Assembly: GCF_018350175.1 (NCBI RefSeq)
Contig: NC_058368.1
Location: 142,850,001 to 142,914,000, forward strand
DNA from: Felis catus
Lineage: Eukaryota
Reading direction: 5' to 3'
DNA length: 64,000 nt
Both the position numbers and the translations under genes were made by a program. This document shows positions 12,375 to 25,570 of the stretch, piece after piece. Within the stretch, counting starts at the first letter, position 1; the number at the start of each line of letters is the position of its first letter. The notes under the pieces were generated by a model that saw nothing but the letters and a program-made list of their open reading frames with translations, searched no databases and had not been told where the DNA came from.

Positions 12375-14797
12375 AGTGTGACTCCATTTTTAATATTCAC
12401 TTTGCAAGCTGTGCCTTCCTCACTAAGCACTTGATTCCTGCACTTTGCAGATATAAACCTTAAGTACATGTTATACTTCAGTGAGGCTACCTTGATTTTT
12501 GTAGTCTGCTCCTTTAGCTGGCTCCCCAAACTTCTACATTCTCATATCTGCTCCAAATATTTCTATGTTAAAAATTCCCAACATGTAGAATTTCTTCATG
12601 TTGTTCCTCAGAGGTAGGCCTCCCTGACTTGCAAAAGGTCCTGGGACCGACTTCCCAGGGCAACCCTCTTTCCTTTTCCTTTATTCCCAGTGGGCCAAAT
12701 AACCTGGCTTCTGATGCCCAAGTCCATCTTGAGCTCGCACTGCATGAATCTCATTTTGTAAACCATAGCGTAAACCTTGTGCACAAAGTAGGAGAATGCC
12801 TTTTCCACTCACTCTGATATCTCTCTGGTTGAAGAAGACATATTTGGCACAGTTAACATTTAACCAGAAGCTATCATCTTAAAAACTTTGCCCCCTTTTC
12901 TCCAAAAAACTTAGGTTAAGAGTATGTTGCTTTTTTTTTTTTGTTCATGAAATGTCTAAGAAGTAATAATGCAGGGAATCCAGCAATCTCTTCTAAAATG
13001 TAGGTCACATCAAATCAATGAAATCTAAATGAGCAAATAAGTAATTAAAATATTAAGGTGTATGCCCTGTTTAACAACCCAGAAGTATTAAAAGGGTATA
13101 AGCCTCCCTCTCAGGATATCTCCACTTGCCTAAATTTCCCTCTGCCTACATGCTCTTTGCTGGACAGCCTCACCAGCACCTCATTCCCTTCTTGCTGGTC
13201 TCTGCTGAGATGTCACCTCCTCAAGGTAGCCTCCTGACTCCTGCACCCCGTCATTCTTCACCCCTCTACCCCAGTTTGCTCTTCTTCGAGGCACCGATTA
13301 CTCTCAGGCATTGTGTGTTTCCTGTTTAGCACACCAGAATGTGGCTCCATGAGGGCAGGGACTTAGCTTTATTCACTGCTGTGTCCCCACCTCTCAGACC
13401 AGGGCTGGCCTGACACAATATAGGCTCTCAGTGAATATTTGTTGAAAGGCTGAGTGACTGTCCACGAAGGAGAAGTGTCAGAACTACAGGAGAAATTGAG
13501 GCTTCCTTTTGCGTGATAATGTGAAGCCTGAATAGAAAGTCTAGTTCGAGGAGGGGAGAAGGGCCCGGAGTTTTGGTGGCTTCCCAGACCCCTCTCTCCA
13601 GGTAGGAGGAAGTGAGGTGAGGGACAGGGTGAAACAAGAGACAGTATGTCTATGAAGGCTCTGAAATTACATTCAGGGAGGACCAGGTGCCTGGACCTCC
13701 CTCTCAGACCCAGAAATGAGGGGACTGGAGGGAAAAGAGACAGAGAAGAGGAACTGGGCTTGGTGTGACTTTTCTAGGAGCTTCCATCCAACCATAAGTG
13801 TAGTCTGACTCTGAGACCACCAGGACCCAGTGGCCAGGGGGGCTTAAGTCTGGGCTGCGGTGTCCCCTGATCTCCACAGGACACAGGCAGCCCTTTCAGT
13901 GCTTAACACCCCCCAAACCTAGAGCAGGCTCTAGATTCTAAAGTCCCTGGAAAGCAGGGTTTCCTCCTGACTTAGCAGAGGAAAACTCACAACAGAAAGG
14001 GATGGTGAGCAGTGGCTAACACTGCCCAATTCCTTCTCCAAAAGAAATGTGTACCGACAGTCACAAAAACTTCCTCTCTCTTCCTTAACTGACTTCAGAA
14101 ATCATTGATACGGCATAATGCTATGAGAGCAGTGTCAGTCACTTCATTCACCTGAGTAAGTTTCCATTTAAGCCCAATTATTGTGTAGTGCTGGAACAAT
14201 TATTTGTATTATTAAGTCTGCCCAACGGAAGAGGCTGCGTGTTAATTTACTACAACACAAAAGCAACATCACATGTTCTCAGCCCTCACAGTTCTCAGCC
14301 TCATGACACCAAGCTGTTGTCTCACAGTGCAGCATTAAAATCATAAATGAAACTAAAAAGACCACAAAACCCAGGTGAGGGGAATTTAGGGCAGGTCTCT
14401 GGCTATATGTGCAATCATCCAGCTACATCCTTCCAGACAAAAGCTAACATTTGCTAAACATTTACCATGTGTTTAATACCTTTACACATATTAACTCAAT
14501 CTTCATCACAACCCTGTCAGCGAGGTACTGTTAATATTTCCTTTCTGCACATCAGGAAATGGAAACTGACCAAAAGTCATATGGGTAGAAAATGGCAGAG
14601 CCAGGAGTGAATCCAGAAGCTATATGCTCAAGATAAAAATATTATATATTTTGATCACTAGACTGCAATTGCACTTTCCAACACTATTGAAGGGACGCTC
14701 ACTCTAAAGAGCTCAAAGTGGGGAGTTGTGATGGGAAGAAAGTTGATTGCACTGGTTCACACTTCAGGGTAGGTGACGGTTTGGAGGGGCTTTTCTT

Positions 14798-15104
<307 letters not shown>

Positions 15105-15718
15105 TTAGGCTATGGCAGCTATAGTTTTTCTGACTTGTTTCCTGTCTCTTCTCCTTTTTTCTCTAGTATCTTAACAGTGCCCGTGAGGGTTGCATAGCGC
15201 TGATTTAGTCATTGGGGCATCTAACCCTGATTGAAGCAACCTGGTTAAGGGAGGAAAGAGGAGGACTTTGAAACCCATTCCATATAATTCTGGTCCATTG
15301 TAGATAACAAATATAGCTAAAGAATTGAACATGACTTCTATTTTTTTTCCCCAAAAGAGTTAAAGAGTAGTTTTTTTTTTTTTTTTCAGTCTACTTGGAG
15401 AACACACATAATCATTCTATTCCATGAAAAACCATTATTATGAACTTTAGCTCCTGTAAGTCTTGGATCATCTCCTCCATCCAATGCTTTCCAGGCTGCG
15501 GAGAGCCAGACGGAGTTAAATGTTCTTCTTCGTTTAACTTCCTCACCACGTACAGCCTCCTCTAATTTTATAGTTACTGCTCAGTGGTCTAATATATTTA
15601 TTTGCGTGACTTTCTACCTAGCAGGATCGTGGGCCTCTCCAGGACACGTTGTAAAAAGCAAGGTGTAAGTAAGGCAAAGAGGAATATATATCTCTATATA
15701 CCATAGATAGATATACAC

Positions 15719-15719
15719 C

Positions 15720-15806
<87 letters not shown>
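15719..15806. repeat. Compound (TA)n(TG)n microsatellite in DMGDH intron 1
   Basis: Directly visible tandem dinucleotides. Confidence 0.97.
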
Positions 15807-15807
<1 letters not shown>

Positions 15808-16104
15808 TGTATATCTTCCTATGTTTGCTTACACATAGACAATCTCTGGAAACATACAGAAGACACTGTTAACAAGTTGACTGGGAGATAGGGATAGGAG
15901 TAACTTCGCACTAGGAACCCTTTGATACTGTTTCACTTTGTCCACCAGCGCGTGTAAAAGAAAACACGTACATCTAGAAGAAATCCGAACGCCCATTTCT
16001 CTGAGGCCCAGGGTCCCCCGACCCCGCAGACTGCCTCAGGCCCTGGCTCCCACCCAGGCAGCAGCCCATCCGCGGGCCTCGGCGCCGGCCGGGCCCCCAC
16101 TCAC

Positions 16105-16199
16105 CCTTGGCGGCCGCAGGCTGAGCGCGGGCGGCCGGGGGAGCCCTGCAGCCGGAGACTCGACAGCAGGAGGCCCCTCTGCGCGCCCGGGCGGAGCAT
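16105..16199 (-). CDS. DMGDH: Dimethylglycine dehydrogenase (mitochondrial), coding exon 1
   Basis: ATG at 16199 in GCCATG context. Encodes [32 protein letters not shown], an Arg/Leu/Ser-rich sequence with no acidic residues, like a mitochondrial transit peptide. Donor GTGAGT at 16104. 95 nt, phase 2, joins exon 2 in frame. Confidence 0.93.
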
Positions 16200-16364
16200 G
16201 GCGAGGCCGAGGAGGCCGAGGGCGCGGGAGCCTGCTCCGAGGCCACCGGACACCCTGGGGCAGCGGGGCCGGCAGCTCTGCTGGGGGACCCTCCCCCGGG
16301 CGAGGGGCGGGTTCCAGAGCTTGGCGCGCTCTCGCGGACCCGGCGGCCGCACAGCCGCGGCGAG

Positions 16365-16397
16365 ATGGCACCGGCCGGAGGCCCCGGGGCCAAAAAG
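16365..16397 (+). CDS. BHMT2: Betaine-homocysteine S-methyltransferase 2 (S-methylmethionine-homocysteine methyltransferase), exon 1
   Basis: GAGATGG start. Encodes [11 protein letters not shown]. Donor AAG|GTGAGT. 33 nt. Confidence 0.95.
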
Positions 16398-16589
16398 GTG
16401 AGTTTCCGGGAGTCGGCGAGGTACTCAGCGCTCCCCGCCGCGGGGCTCCCGGCGCCTGAGTTGAGACCCCACTTCAACCCTTGAATGAGCTCTGCGGCCC
16501 TGGCCGGGCACCTGGAGGGCTCTGTGTCTCAGTACACGCGATCGCCACTTGCCCGGGGCGACAATACCGCCTTGGCGTGAGGATTAGAT

Positions 16590-16740
16590 AATTTACTGAG
16601 CCCGGACTCGGTGCCCCACACTTCGCGGACTGCGCACAATTATTCCCATTTTTCAGGTGAGGAAACTGAGGCCCAGAAAGGCCACTAGCTCAAGGTCACC
16701 CATCTAGTCCAGGGTGGAGCGGGGATTTGAAGTCTAGCTC
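16590..16740. mobile_element. MIR element in BHMT2 intron 1
   Basis: MIR core attattcccatttttcaggtgaggaaactgaggcccaga...caaggtcac. Confidence 0.7.
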
Positions 16741-19700
16741 CGGACTCAGGCGCCGCGCTCACATTTTCTACCCTCAGCCTACCTCAGGTCTTGGGCTCAA
16801 CTAGCTCCAGAGCTTGGTTCTCTGGCGTTTTGGGAAGGGTAGCAGCCTGGCCCTGCAACTGATGGGCCGGCCTGAAACCAGGGTGCAAGATGCTCCTAGA
16901 CCCCCACCGCGCAGTGGGGGCGGGTAGAGAAGTGCGCAGGTTAGTGGGGTAGCGGCGCTCTGCCTGCCTTTTCAGTAGGACCGGCTACCTGGTTCCTTCT
17001 CTAGGCCTCTTTCCCTCTCTGTTCACCAAGTGTCAGCTTTGTCCCCCCACCCCCCAACGTTTCTTGGTGAGGGGAAGGGGTAACAAAACAAAATTAACTT
17101 GCGTCCATGAACTTGGACGCAGAACATCTCCAGGATCCCTCAAAGCAACCCAGCTGTGCCCTGAAACTCAGAGGGGGGAAGGGAGAAGCTATATAGGCAT
17201 GTAAGTATGCACCACTGATCTTTTTCTCCTAAAAAGTTAGCAACAATCAAGATGCCCAATGATGGTGCGCTCCCTAAATAAAGGTGCATCCACTTAATAA
17301 GTTATTAGGCAGCCAATTAAGAAGCTAAGTATGAGAACAAGCAAACTGCTTTGACAATAGTTAAGTTACAAAAGGAGTTATACTATACAGACCGACCCCA
17401 ACTGTGTAAATATTTATATATGCAGTGAAAGGAAAGAAATAATAATGGTAATAGTTGCATAAGATGTGGAATATGACTTTAACAATTAAAAAAAAATCTT
17501 TGGATATGTTTTATAAAAGTAAAATATGGGCACTGAAGTAAATGAGCTTAATAAAAGATAAAGACATTGTGCTGATTTCTTTCTCTAAATTTTCTGTATT
17601 ACTGTGTTCACCTTTGGCTCACTTTGTAAAAGGTTTTTAAAATATGCTGTCCCTGTTCAATTTCTTCCCAGCCTCTGCTCTTGCAACGCCAAGATTATCG
17701 TATGATAACCATGTTAATGTGTACCTGGGAGTTAAAATGTTAGTGGGAAGCAGCTAATCTCACCTCTCCTGTCAGCCAACAGGTACATTTTAAGAATTCG
17801 TTTAGTTGCCACAGGGGACACTTCCAATCGCTTCATTAATCCCCAAGAGCAGTCCTAGTGGCAACTTCAGGCATATTGGATCTCTGGCAGCGTCTGGCCG
17901 AGGGTGAATGAAGTTGGTCTACTCATCTGTCTGATCAGAGGTGCCCTGAAGCCATACCTTAAATCCAGAAGTCTAGATACTGACATCTGCAACAAGGAAC
18001 CATAAATGCCTCTCAGAGCTCACTACCAGATCCAAGGCAGATTCACTGCCAAACTGAAAGGGAGGATGCACTGAAAATATAAATGTACTGCAAATTAATT
18101 TACATTGCTCTTTATTTTACAGAGTCCCCTGTCATTCTGGAGCTATCTTTAGATCAGCTGGTGTAGTAATTAACTAGGGTGGTAGATAGAGCAGTGAAGG
18201 AGAGGCTTAAAGGTGCTCTGAATTCAAGTCTTGATAATATAGCTATTTTGCTAATGGCTTTTTAAGAAAACTGGCAAAATTTAAAATTTTGGACAAACAT
18301 CTAGATAACAGATCAAAATGGCTTAACTTGTTATCGTGAAGATCACAATCAAAATAGGCACTATAATTTTCTTAAAACCCTAACTAGCTAATTTTCTGTT
18401 AAAGAGTGTCATTTTTTTTTCTCTCTCTCTCCTCAGGACTAAACTTTTAGCACATAAGACACAAGTGACAGTTTCAAAAATCTTATCTGTCTGCTGACTC
18501 TTGGCATAGTTTGTTAGGTGCTGTTTGAGGTGGTAGGGGTACAGACAAATGAGATTTGTCACCTGAGCCTCAAGCATTTTAAAGCCAAACAGAGGGGACA
18601 GGTAAGTAACCAGATACTATAGCTACAGGTGACAGATGCAGGAATGGAGGGTGTTTGACCTGAAGCAGAACACAAAGGAGGAAGTAATCACAAGTAAGAG
18701 TCAGACAGGCAAGGCTTTAGTCTGCAGCAGTGGAAGATACAACAGAGTGGGCTGTGGGAGCGAATTGGAGGCCATTTCAATAATCCAGGGACAGTAAGGA
18801 TGTGGGTACGTATCTAAGAAGTGTTAAATAGATACACTTGGCATAACCCTGAGACAGGTTGAATGTGGTAGGTGAGATACTAACCTATAACACCTAAACT
18901 GTATGCCAGTGTTTTTCCCCTCTAGAATTGTTTGGTGTGTACTATTAAATTTGAATCTTAGCTTATAATTGAAGTGTTAGATTTCCAAGATGAGATTTTA
19001 TACAGATGACTATATCTCTGATTTTCTGTTCTGTATTCCTCTGCAGCATTTCTTTATTACATATATTGTGATGATTTTTTGACCCATCAGCCTTCCTCCG
19101 GGTGGGCAGACTTTGAGTTTCTTGAGGGCAGGGGCCTTGTCTTAGTCCAATGTTTATCCCTCTTGCCTGGAACTATACCTGGCATGTGGAAAGTTCGCAT
19201 GAAAATTTAAAGCTGAAGTCTTTTTTTATGTTTCAAAAGTACAACATTAAAAGAGCAAATTGCATATTTTGGAAGGAATAGAGAACTAGGTAAGAATCAT
19301 AATAAATATTAACATTTCTTCCACATTCAACTAAAATTCATCTTTAGATATAAAATATGGAAAAAATAACCAGAGTCAAAGCAGTGTTTATGGTTAATAT
19401 AGCTAACACAGTTTGTATTCCATTTCACTTCCCTCCACACAAAAATGGAGATGCTCTAGATATGGTGGCCTCCACTGCAACTCTTTCTAATGTACCTTCC
19501 TGGGCTGCAGATATGGCTGGTTAGAAGGGGCAACTGAAGGCATTTCTCTCCCACTCATGCATTGCTGTGTGTCTAGCTGTAGACAGGGCTGAAGTGAACT
19601 GGCCTTGAATTTTCAATAAAAGATTGTATCTTCAGCTAATGCAATCTTTACAAGAGGAGTAGGGGTCACCATGGGAGTGTTTGCAGTTTTCCTATAGGAT

Positions 19701-19939
19701 GGTCAGGGAATGCCTCCCTGAAAAGATGACCCTTGACCAAAGCCCTGAAGGAATGTGATGGTGAGCCATGCAGGTATTTGGGGGAGGCAGGTATTTGGGG
19801 AGGCACGTTTTAGACAATGGAAACTGTAAGCCCTTGGAGAACTGCTCTGGGTACAGCCTTTTATTCAAGTATGGGTGGGCCAAACAGAAAAGTGGGATTA
19901 GAAAGAGAGTAGATTAGGAATTTAGAAGATCTGAAGTCC

Positions 19940-20105
19940 ACTTTAGCTTTGTAATCTTTCTTAGCTCTGTGATCTTGGACAAATCACTTAGTCTCGTTGA
20001 ACCTCAGTTTCCTCATTTATAAAATGGGAATAAAAACCATCTGCCCTGCCTAGCTCACAGAGTTGTCGGGAGTACCAAATGAAAACATATATGAACATGT
20101 TGGAA
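19940..20105. mobile_element. MIR element
   Basis: ctgtgatcttggacaaatcacttagtctcgttgaacctcagtttcctcatttataaaatgggaataa. Confidence 0.75.
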
Positions 20106-20521
20106 AATATAGGGGCATAGTTATGAAACTTTGTGTCCCTTAGGATTATGTTTAGTGGTTTATGCCCAAAAAAGAGACTAGTTTTCTCCCCTAACGTGAG
20201 GCCTAACAATCCATGGCTGCTGCAGCTACGCAAAGATGCCGTTAAAACCCTGCGGCTGTGAGTGACAGCAACTGTTAGTGGGCTCCACCTGCCTTAGTGT
20301 GTGACTTTCAATGGCAGGGCTGCAGGATGACTGGTATACCTCTAGGGCTTATATTGACATTCTAGTCAGGAAGGAGAAAAAGTGCCAGGATGGAAGAGAG
20401 TGCCCATCTATATCAGGAAAGCAAAACTTTGCCGGAAATCTTTAACTGGCTTCTGCCCATGTCTCATTGGCCAGCTCTATGTAATATGCCCACCTCCCCC
20501 CAGCGGAAGGGAGCCCGAGAA

Positions 20522-20960
20522 TTTTTTTTTAAGTGTATTTATTTATTTTGAGAGAGAGCAAGATAAAGTGTGAGCCAGGGAGGGGCAGAGAGAGATGGAG
20601 AGAGAGAATCCCAAACAGGTTCCATGCTGTCATTGCAGAGCCCAATGCAGGGATCAATCCCACAAACTGTGAGATCATGATCTGAGCAGGAACCGAGAGT
20701 CAGACGCCTAACCAACTGAGCCACCCAGGCATCCTGAGAACTTTTTAAATAAATTTTCTTTTAATGTTTGTTTATGTTTGAGAGATAGAGAAAGAGAGAG
20801 AGTAGGAGGGGGCAGAGAGAAAGGGAGACACAGAATCCGCAGCAGGCTCCAGGCTCTAAGCTGTCAGCACAGAGCTCAATGTAGGACTCAAACCCACAAA
20901 CTGCGAGATCATGACCTGAGCTGAAGTCAAACACTTAACCGACTGAGCCACTCAGGCGTG
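20522..20960 (-). mobile_element. Two adjacent CanSINEs interrupting an MLT-like LTR remnant
   Basis: Reverse heads ending ~20734 and ~20960. Flanks at 20230-20520 and 21000-21080 resemble MLT1. Confidence 0.85.
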
Positions 20961-21376
20961 CACTGCCCCTCCGCCAGAGAATTTTTTTTAAGTTGAGGAC
21001 ATTGTCTCCCCAAATGAAATACATTAACAAAGAAGAGAAGAGGAAATACATACTAATTAGGCAACTATCAGTGTCTGCCACAAACATGTTGAGAAAACAG
21101 TATATCGCAGAATCAGCACTTTCACTATAATTTGACTCAGTGTAAACATTATTTGAGAAAAAACAGTCACAGCACTTTGCACAACACAAGTACCTGGAAT
21201 GTCCAGGAAATATAGTATACTCAGTCTTTCTAGAATATTGTTAGACATTGAGGATTTTGACAGAACTGGATCTATACGAACATAGGACCACCTTTCCTAA
21301 AATTGGAAACTGCTTTAAGGGAAAAAAAAAAAAAAAAAAAGAGGCATCTTGGGTGATTTTTCTTTCTTTTCTCCAG

Positions 21377-21509
21377 GGTATTTTGGAACGTCTGGAGAAT
21401 GGGGAGGTTGTGGTTGGAGATGGCAGCTTTCTCCTAACTCTGGAGAAGAGGGGCTACGTGAAGGCGGGGCTCTGGACTCCAGAAGCCGTGGTGGAATATC
21501 CCAATGCAG
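21377..21509 (+). CDS. BHMT2: BHMT2 exon 2
   Basis: ctccag acceptor, GTCAGT donor, 133 nt. Encodes [44 protein letters not shown], with the BHMT2-type GDGSF. Confidence 0.97.
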
Positions 21510-22494
21510 GTCAGTGTCAGCAGCCCCGACAGCGTTTATCTGGGTGACAGTTTGCTTAAATCTGACTGAGAGAATATAAAGGAATAATTCTCAGTGTTTT
21601 CTAAGGACTGTTTCCCTTGCCAGAATCACCAAGATGTAGACGGTGACAGTACATGGCTGAAGCACATAGAATAAAATGTCCTCTCCCACCCCCCCCCCGC
21701 CCACCACCACACGCTTGCATCTTCATATATAGGAGGTGTTAAATTATACACCGAAATATTTGTTCCAGGAATATTCACCTTGTGGATAGTCAAGAATTTC
21801 CTGAACCTAATGTGTTATGGCTTCACGTTAATCCTTCTGGCTAATTTGCTTATTATACTAGAACCGTGTTTGGTAAAGATGATTAATGGTAACCACCAGA
21901 TTAACAGAGCATAGAGAGTAGACATTTTGGGTTTGCTGGGGGAGAGGGGTGTGAAGAAATAAATAGTTTCACCTCATCCCCTTAGCTAGAAAAAAACCCC
22001 AAAAAACAATGAGTTGGAGGTAGAAACTGGGATGGGATTGGTGAGTAACATCAAACTGGAGCTTTAATTCTGTTTTTACTCTTTATTGAGAGCAAGGTCC
22101 TAAATTAAAGGGGAAGATAAAGTGAAAGAATGAAATGGATACAAGCTGGGAATGGAACTTTCAGTTTGCTCTGATTTTATTCATATATGCACGGTGTATC
22201 TGAGAAGCCTGGGATCCTGTCCTGGTTCTTCTGCCGACCAGCCGTGTGACCTTGGACAAGTCATTTGACTTTCCCAAGGGTCAGTTTCTTGATCCATGCC
22301 ACATGAGGGTGTGAGATGGGCTAGTTGTCAGGACTTGTGAGTTAACCGGTGTGAAGGGTCCCACGTGTCCTAAGTCCCTGATGGCATTTGCATTGTTTCA
22401 TCCAACACCCAGAGTTATGTGGTGGGACCAGGTTTTATTTCTCTGGTGCTTAGCATGAAGTTTTCATCTGGCCCAAGGAAAACTTGTTCTTCAT

Positions 22495-22720
22495 TTTATT
22501 TATTTTTTTTTAAGTTTATTTATTTTGAGAAAGAGAGAGCATGTGGTGCAAGCATGTACAAGCAGGGGAGGGGCAAAGAGAGAGGGAGAAACAGAGTCCC
22601 AAGTGGGCTTCGTGCTGTCAGCGCAGAGCCCGACGAGGGGCTTGATCTCACGAACCTGGGGTTATGACCTGAGTCAAAATCAAGAGTCAAACACAACCAA
22701 ATGAGCCACCCAGGTGCCCC
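22495..22720 (-). mobile_element. CanSINE
   Basis: TSD TGTTCTTCATTTTA on both sides. Confidence 0.9.
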
Positions 22721-23297
22721 TGTTCTTCATTTTAGAAGATTCTTCGGCTAAACCAGAAAGTGTTGAAATAACAAGGATGAAGAGAGAGAAGGAAAGGGTG
22801 TTCTGATAGGCCAACAAAAGCTCTCTGATGGCACCTTAGCAGCCGCTTGCTGTTGAATCTGTTTGATGGGGGCACAACCCACATACACTCTGTCCAATTT
22901 GAGAATTTCCTCATCCTTTTTTGAGGGCTCCCAGTGCTGACTATAAGTAGACCAGCCACATCCCTCACAACACAGGCAAATGAATAAACCCTCTCTAGAC
23001 CAAAAGATTGAGGGGGCAGTTGGCCAACCAGGCCTTAATCTCTTCCTGCGACTGCACCAGGCTGTTGAGGCTCATCGACAGGGCAACATGAGGCTGCTCC
23101 AAATAGCCCCAGTTTGGTATTGACTTTGCCTTGTTCTGTCCTTGAATTCTACTGACCGTAATCTGCAATCTTTTATAAGTACAAGGTTTGAAATGCGTCT
23201 GATTAAAAGAGATGTGAGTGGGTAAGCTACTTTTGCTATAAATGAAAGCTCCTATGGTTTTTATCTTCTTAATTTTAATTCAAAATCTACCTTGTAG

Positions 23298-23389
23298 TTC
23301 GTCAACTTCACATGGAATTCTTGAGAGCAGGATCAAATGTCATGCAGACTTTCACCTTTTCTGCCAGTGAGGACAATATGGAGAGCAAG
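23298..23389 (+). CDS. BHMT2: BHMT2 exon 3
   Basis: ttgtag acceptor, GTAATT donor, 92 nt. Encodes (V)[30 protein letters not shown]. Not in the ORF track; read manually. Confidence 0.96.
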
Positions 23390-23468
23390 GTAATTTTGGT
23401 GTGGGGGCAGGTGTGAAGGGAGGGAGGAGGAAAGTGTCAGGGATCATCTGTAATAAAAGTAACCTCTT

Positions 23469-23682
23469 GGGGAGCCTGGGTGGCTCAGTCAGTTGGGTGT
23501 CCGACTTCAGCTCAGGTCATGATCTCACGGTCCGTGGGTTCGTGCCCCGCATCGGGCTCTGTGCTGATGGCTTGGAGCCTGGAGCCTGTTTCAGATTCTG
23601 TGTCTCCCTCTTTCTCTGACCCTCCCCTGTTCATGCTCTCTCTCTCTCTGTCTCAAAAATAAATAAACATTAAAAAAAAAAA
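23469..23682 (+). mobile_element. CanSINE
   Basis: TSD AAAAGTAACCTCTTG. Full head, CT tract, poly(A). Confidence 0.92.
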
Positions 23683-24566
23683 AAGTAACCTCTTGACGGG
23701 AAGCTATGGAATTGACCTGATGTGTTACTATACTTTGCTACAAACTCCACACAAAATGTCTATTAAAGAATTAATTATTATGTAAATGAATATATACTAA
23801 ATAAATGAACTTTTTTCTGCCTCTTTAGCTGGGGTATGTGGGGAGGATAGGACTGGGAAGGAATTAGCCATTGGAAGGACATGGTCATCCTTCTGTGCTA
23901 TTATTTTATAGATGCCTTTTTCCCTTATTTCACTGTCTTCTCTTCTGACTTGTCCATCTGGAGACAGGATGGTGCTTGGGAATATGGCACTGGCCTAGGA
24001 ATGAGAAGAATTGGGTTTGATACTCAACTTTGCCATCTATTGGGTGTGTGACTTTGTGCAAGACACTTGACTGCAGGGAGCATTGGTTTTCTCTCTGCAA
24101 ATAGAGATAATTTATGCTTAAATGCATGGGGTTGTTGAGAAAAGTAGATAAGGAGAAGAATGTGGAAGTATTGTGAGATATTCCATACGTGAAAAGTGTT
24201 AATACTTGCAAATGTTCATGCCCATGTATTCAACCAACCAGCATTTCTTGAGTACCTGCTATAGTCCAATCTCTATGCTTGAAACAAAGATGAAAGAAAG
24301 CCACAGACCCGATTCCTAAGTGGCTCACAGTCAAGTGAGGGAGGCAAACAAACATTTACCAAGATCCAGTGTGGCAAGTCCAGTCATGGAACTATATGCT
24401 CACTGGTAGTAGAGGAGAAGGTACCCAACTCTGCTGGTCTTCCCAACTTGCAGTTTACCCCATACCTTGAACTCGTCTTACTTGCTCATTGCCCCTTTAG
24501 TTATTTGTAATATTTTACCTCTAAAACGCCAGGCTCACCATCTGAACTCTTGCTCTCCAACTTCAG

Positions 24567-24758
24567 TGGGAAGATGTGAACGCCGCTGCCTGTGACCTTG
24601 CCAGGGAAGTGGCTGGAAAAGGTGACGCTTTGGTGGCAGGGGGGATCTGCCAGACATCAGCGTACACACACCACAAGGATGAAGCTAGAGTTAAACGACT
24701 CTTTCAACGCCAGCTAGATGTTTTTGCCAGGAAAAATGTGGACTTCTTGATTGCCGAG
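24567..24758 (+). CDS. BHMT2: BHMT2 exon 4
   Basis: cttcag acceptor, GTAAGG donor, 192 nt. Encodes [64 protein letters not shown]. Confidence 0.97.
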
Positions 24759-25373
24759 GTAAGGCTCGTGTTTTAGGGAAACGCTATTTTGACAAATACA
24801 ACTGCATAGTCTTCAGCTTTCAGGAGGGTATTGGATTGCTTTGTGCCCTCGTTTCCTCGGGGTACAGGGTCAAAGGTTTGTTTAAATGCACTGTAATCAA
24901 GGCAAACATCCTCTCAGTTGTGTGCTAGGTTCTGTGTGAAGCCAAAGGGCAGACCCAGGACAGGCCTACCTGTAGCCTTCGTGTTCTTTTGGGTGGTTGT
25001 AGCAGCTGACTCACAGGGGACCGTGCAATGTTGGGTGAGAAGGGGACGGTGATTCAGGAAGCAGTCTCTCCTGCGGGAGGGGCAGGGCAGGAAGGGGCTG
25101 TGTGCGTGAGCTAGAGGCTGTGAGAGCAAAGCTTAGGAGGTAGATGGTTGCTCGGGCTCATGCAGGCCCCACTAACAATACTCAGTACCAAGTAGTTTCG
25201 TTGCCCTCCTCTGTTCATGCTGTACTTACCCCAATCCCTCGGCTTTCCCTCAAGCTATGATATGTGAGTGATATTTTGAAGAAAAAAATCAATAAGAATT
25301 GATCATTGATTGGACATAAAGGCCCAGAACATTCTTTTCCTTCCACTTCCAAAAATTAAAAAGCCCTCATTCC

Positions 25374-25570
25374 TGGGGCACCTGGATGGCTCAGCTGGTT
25401 GAGCGTCTGACTTCGGCTCAGGTCATGATCTCAAAGTTCATGAGTTCGAGCCCCACATTGGGCTCACTGCTGTCTGCACAGAGCCAACTTTGGATCCCCT
25501 CTCTCTGCCCCTGCCTGGCTTGCACTCTCTCTCTCTCTCAAAAATAAATAAACATTAAAAAAAAAAAAAA
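25374..25570 (+). mobile_element. CanSINE
   Basis: TSD AAAAGCCCTCATTCC. Confidence 0.92.

Larger units (their letters stand above)
15950..16660. promoter_or_regulatory. CpG island / bidirectional TATA-less promoter shared by DMGDH and BHMT2
   Basis: Very GC- and CpG-rich. Divergent ATGs at 16199 (-) and 16365 (+). GC box GGGGCGGG at 16304-16311. No TATA box between the starts. Confidence 0.88.

Noticed and set aside
15938..16477. Long overlapping ORFs (up to 173 aa) across the DMGDH/BHMT2 promoter
   Set aside because: Stop codons are rare in GC-rich CpG islands. The products are Pro/Arg/Gly/Ala low-complexity, and the real exons explain the region.
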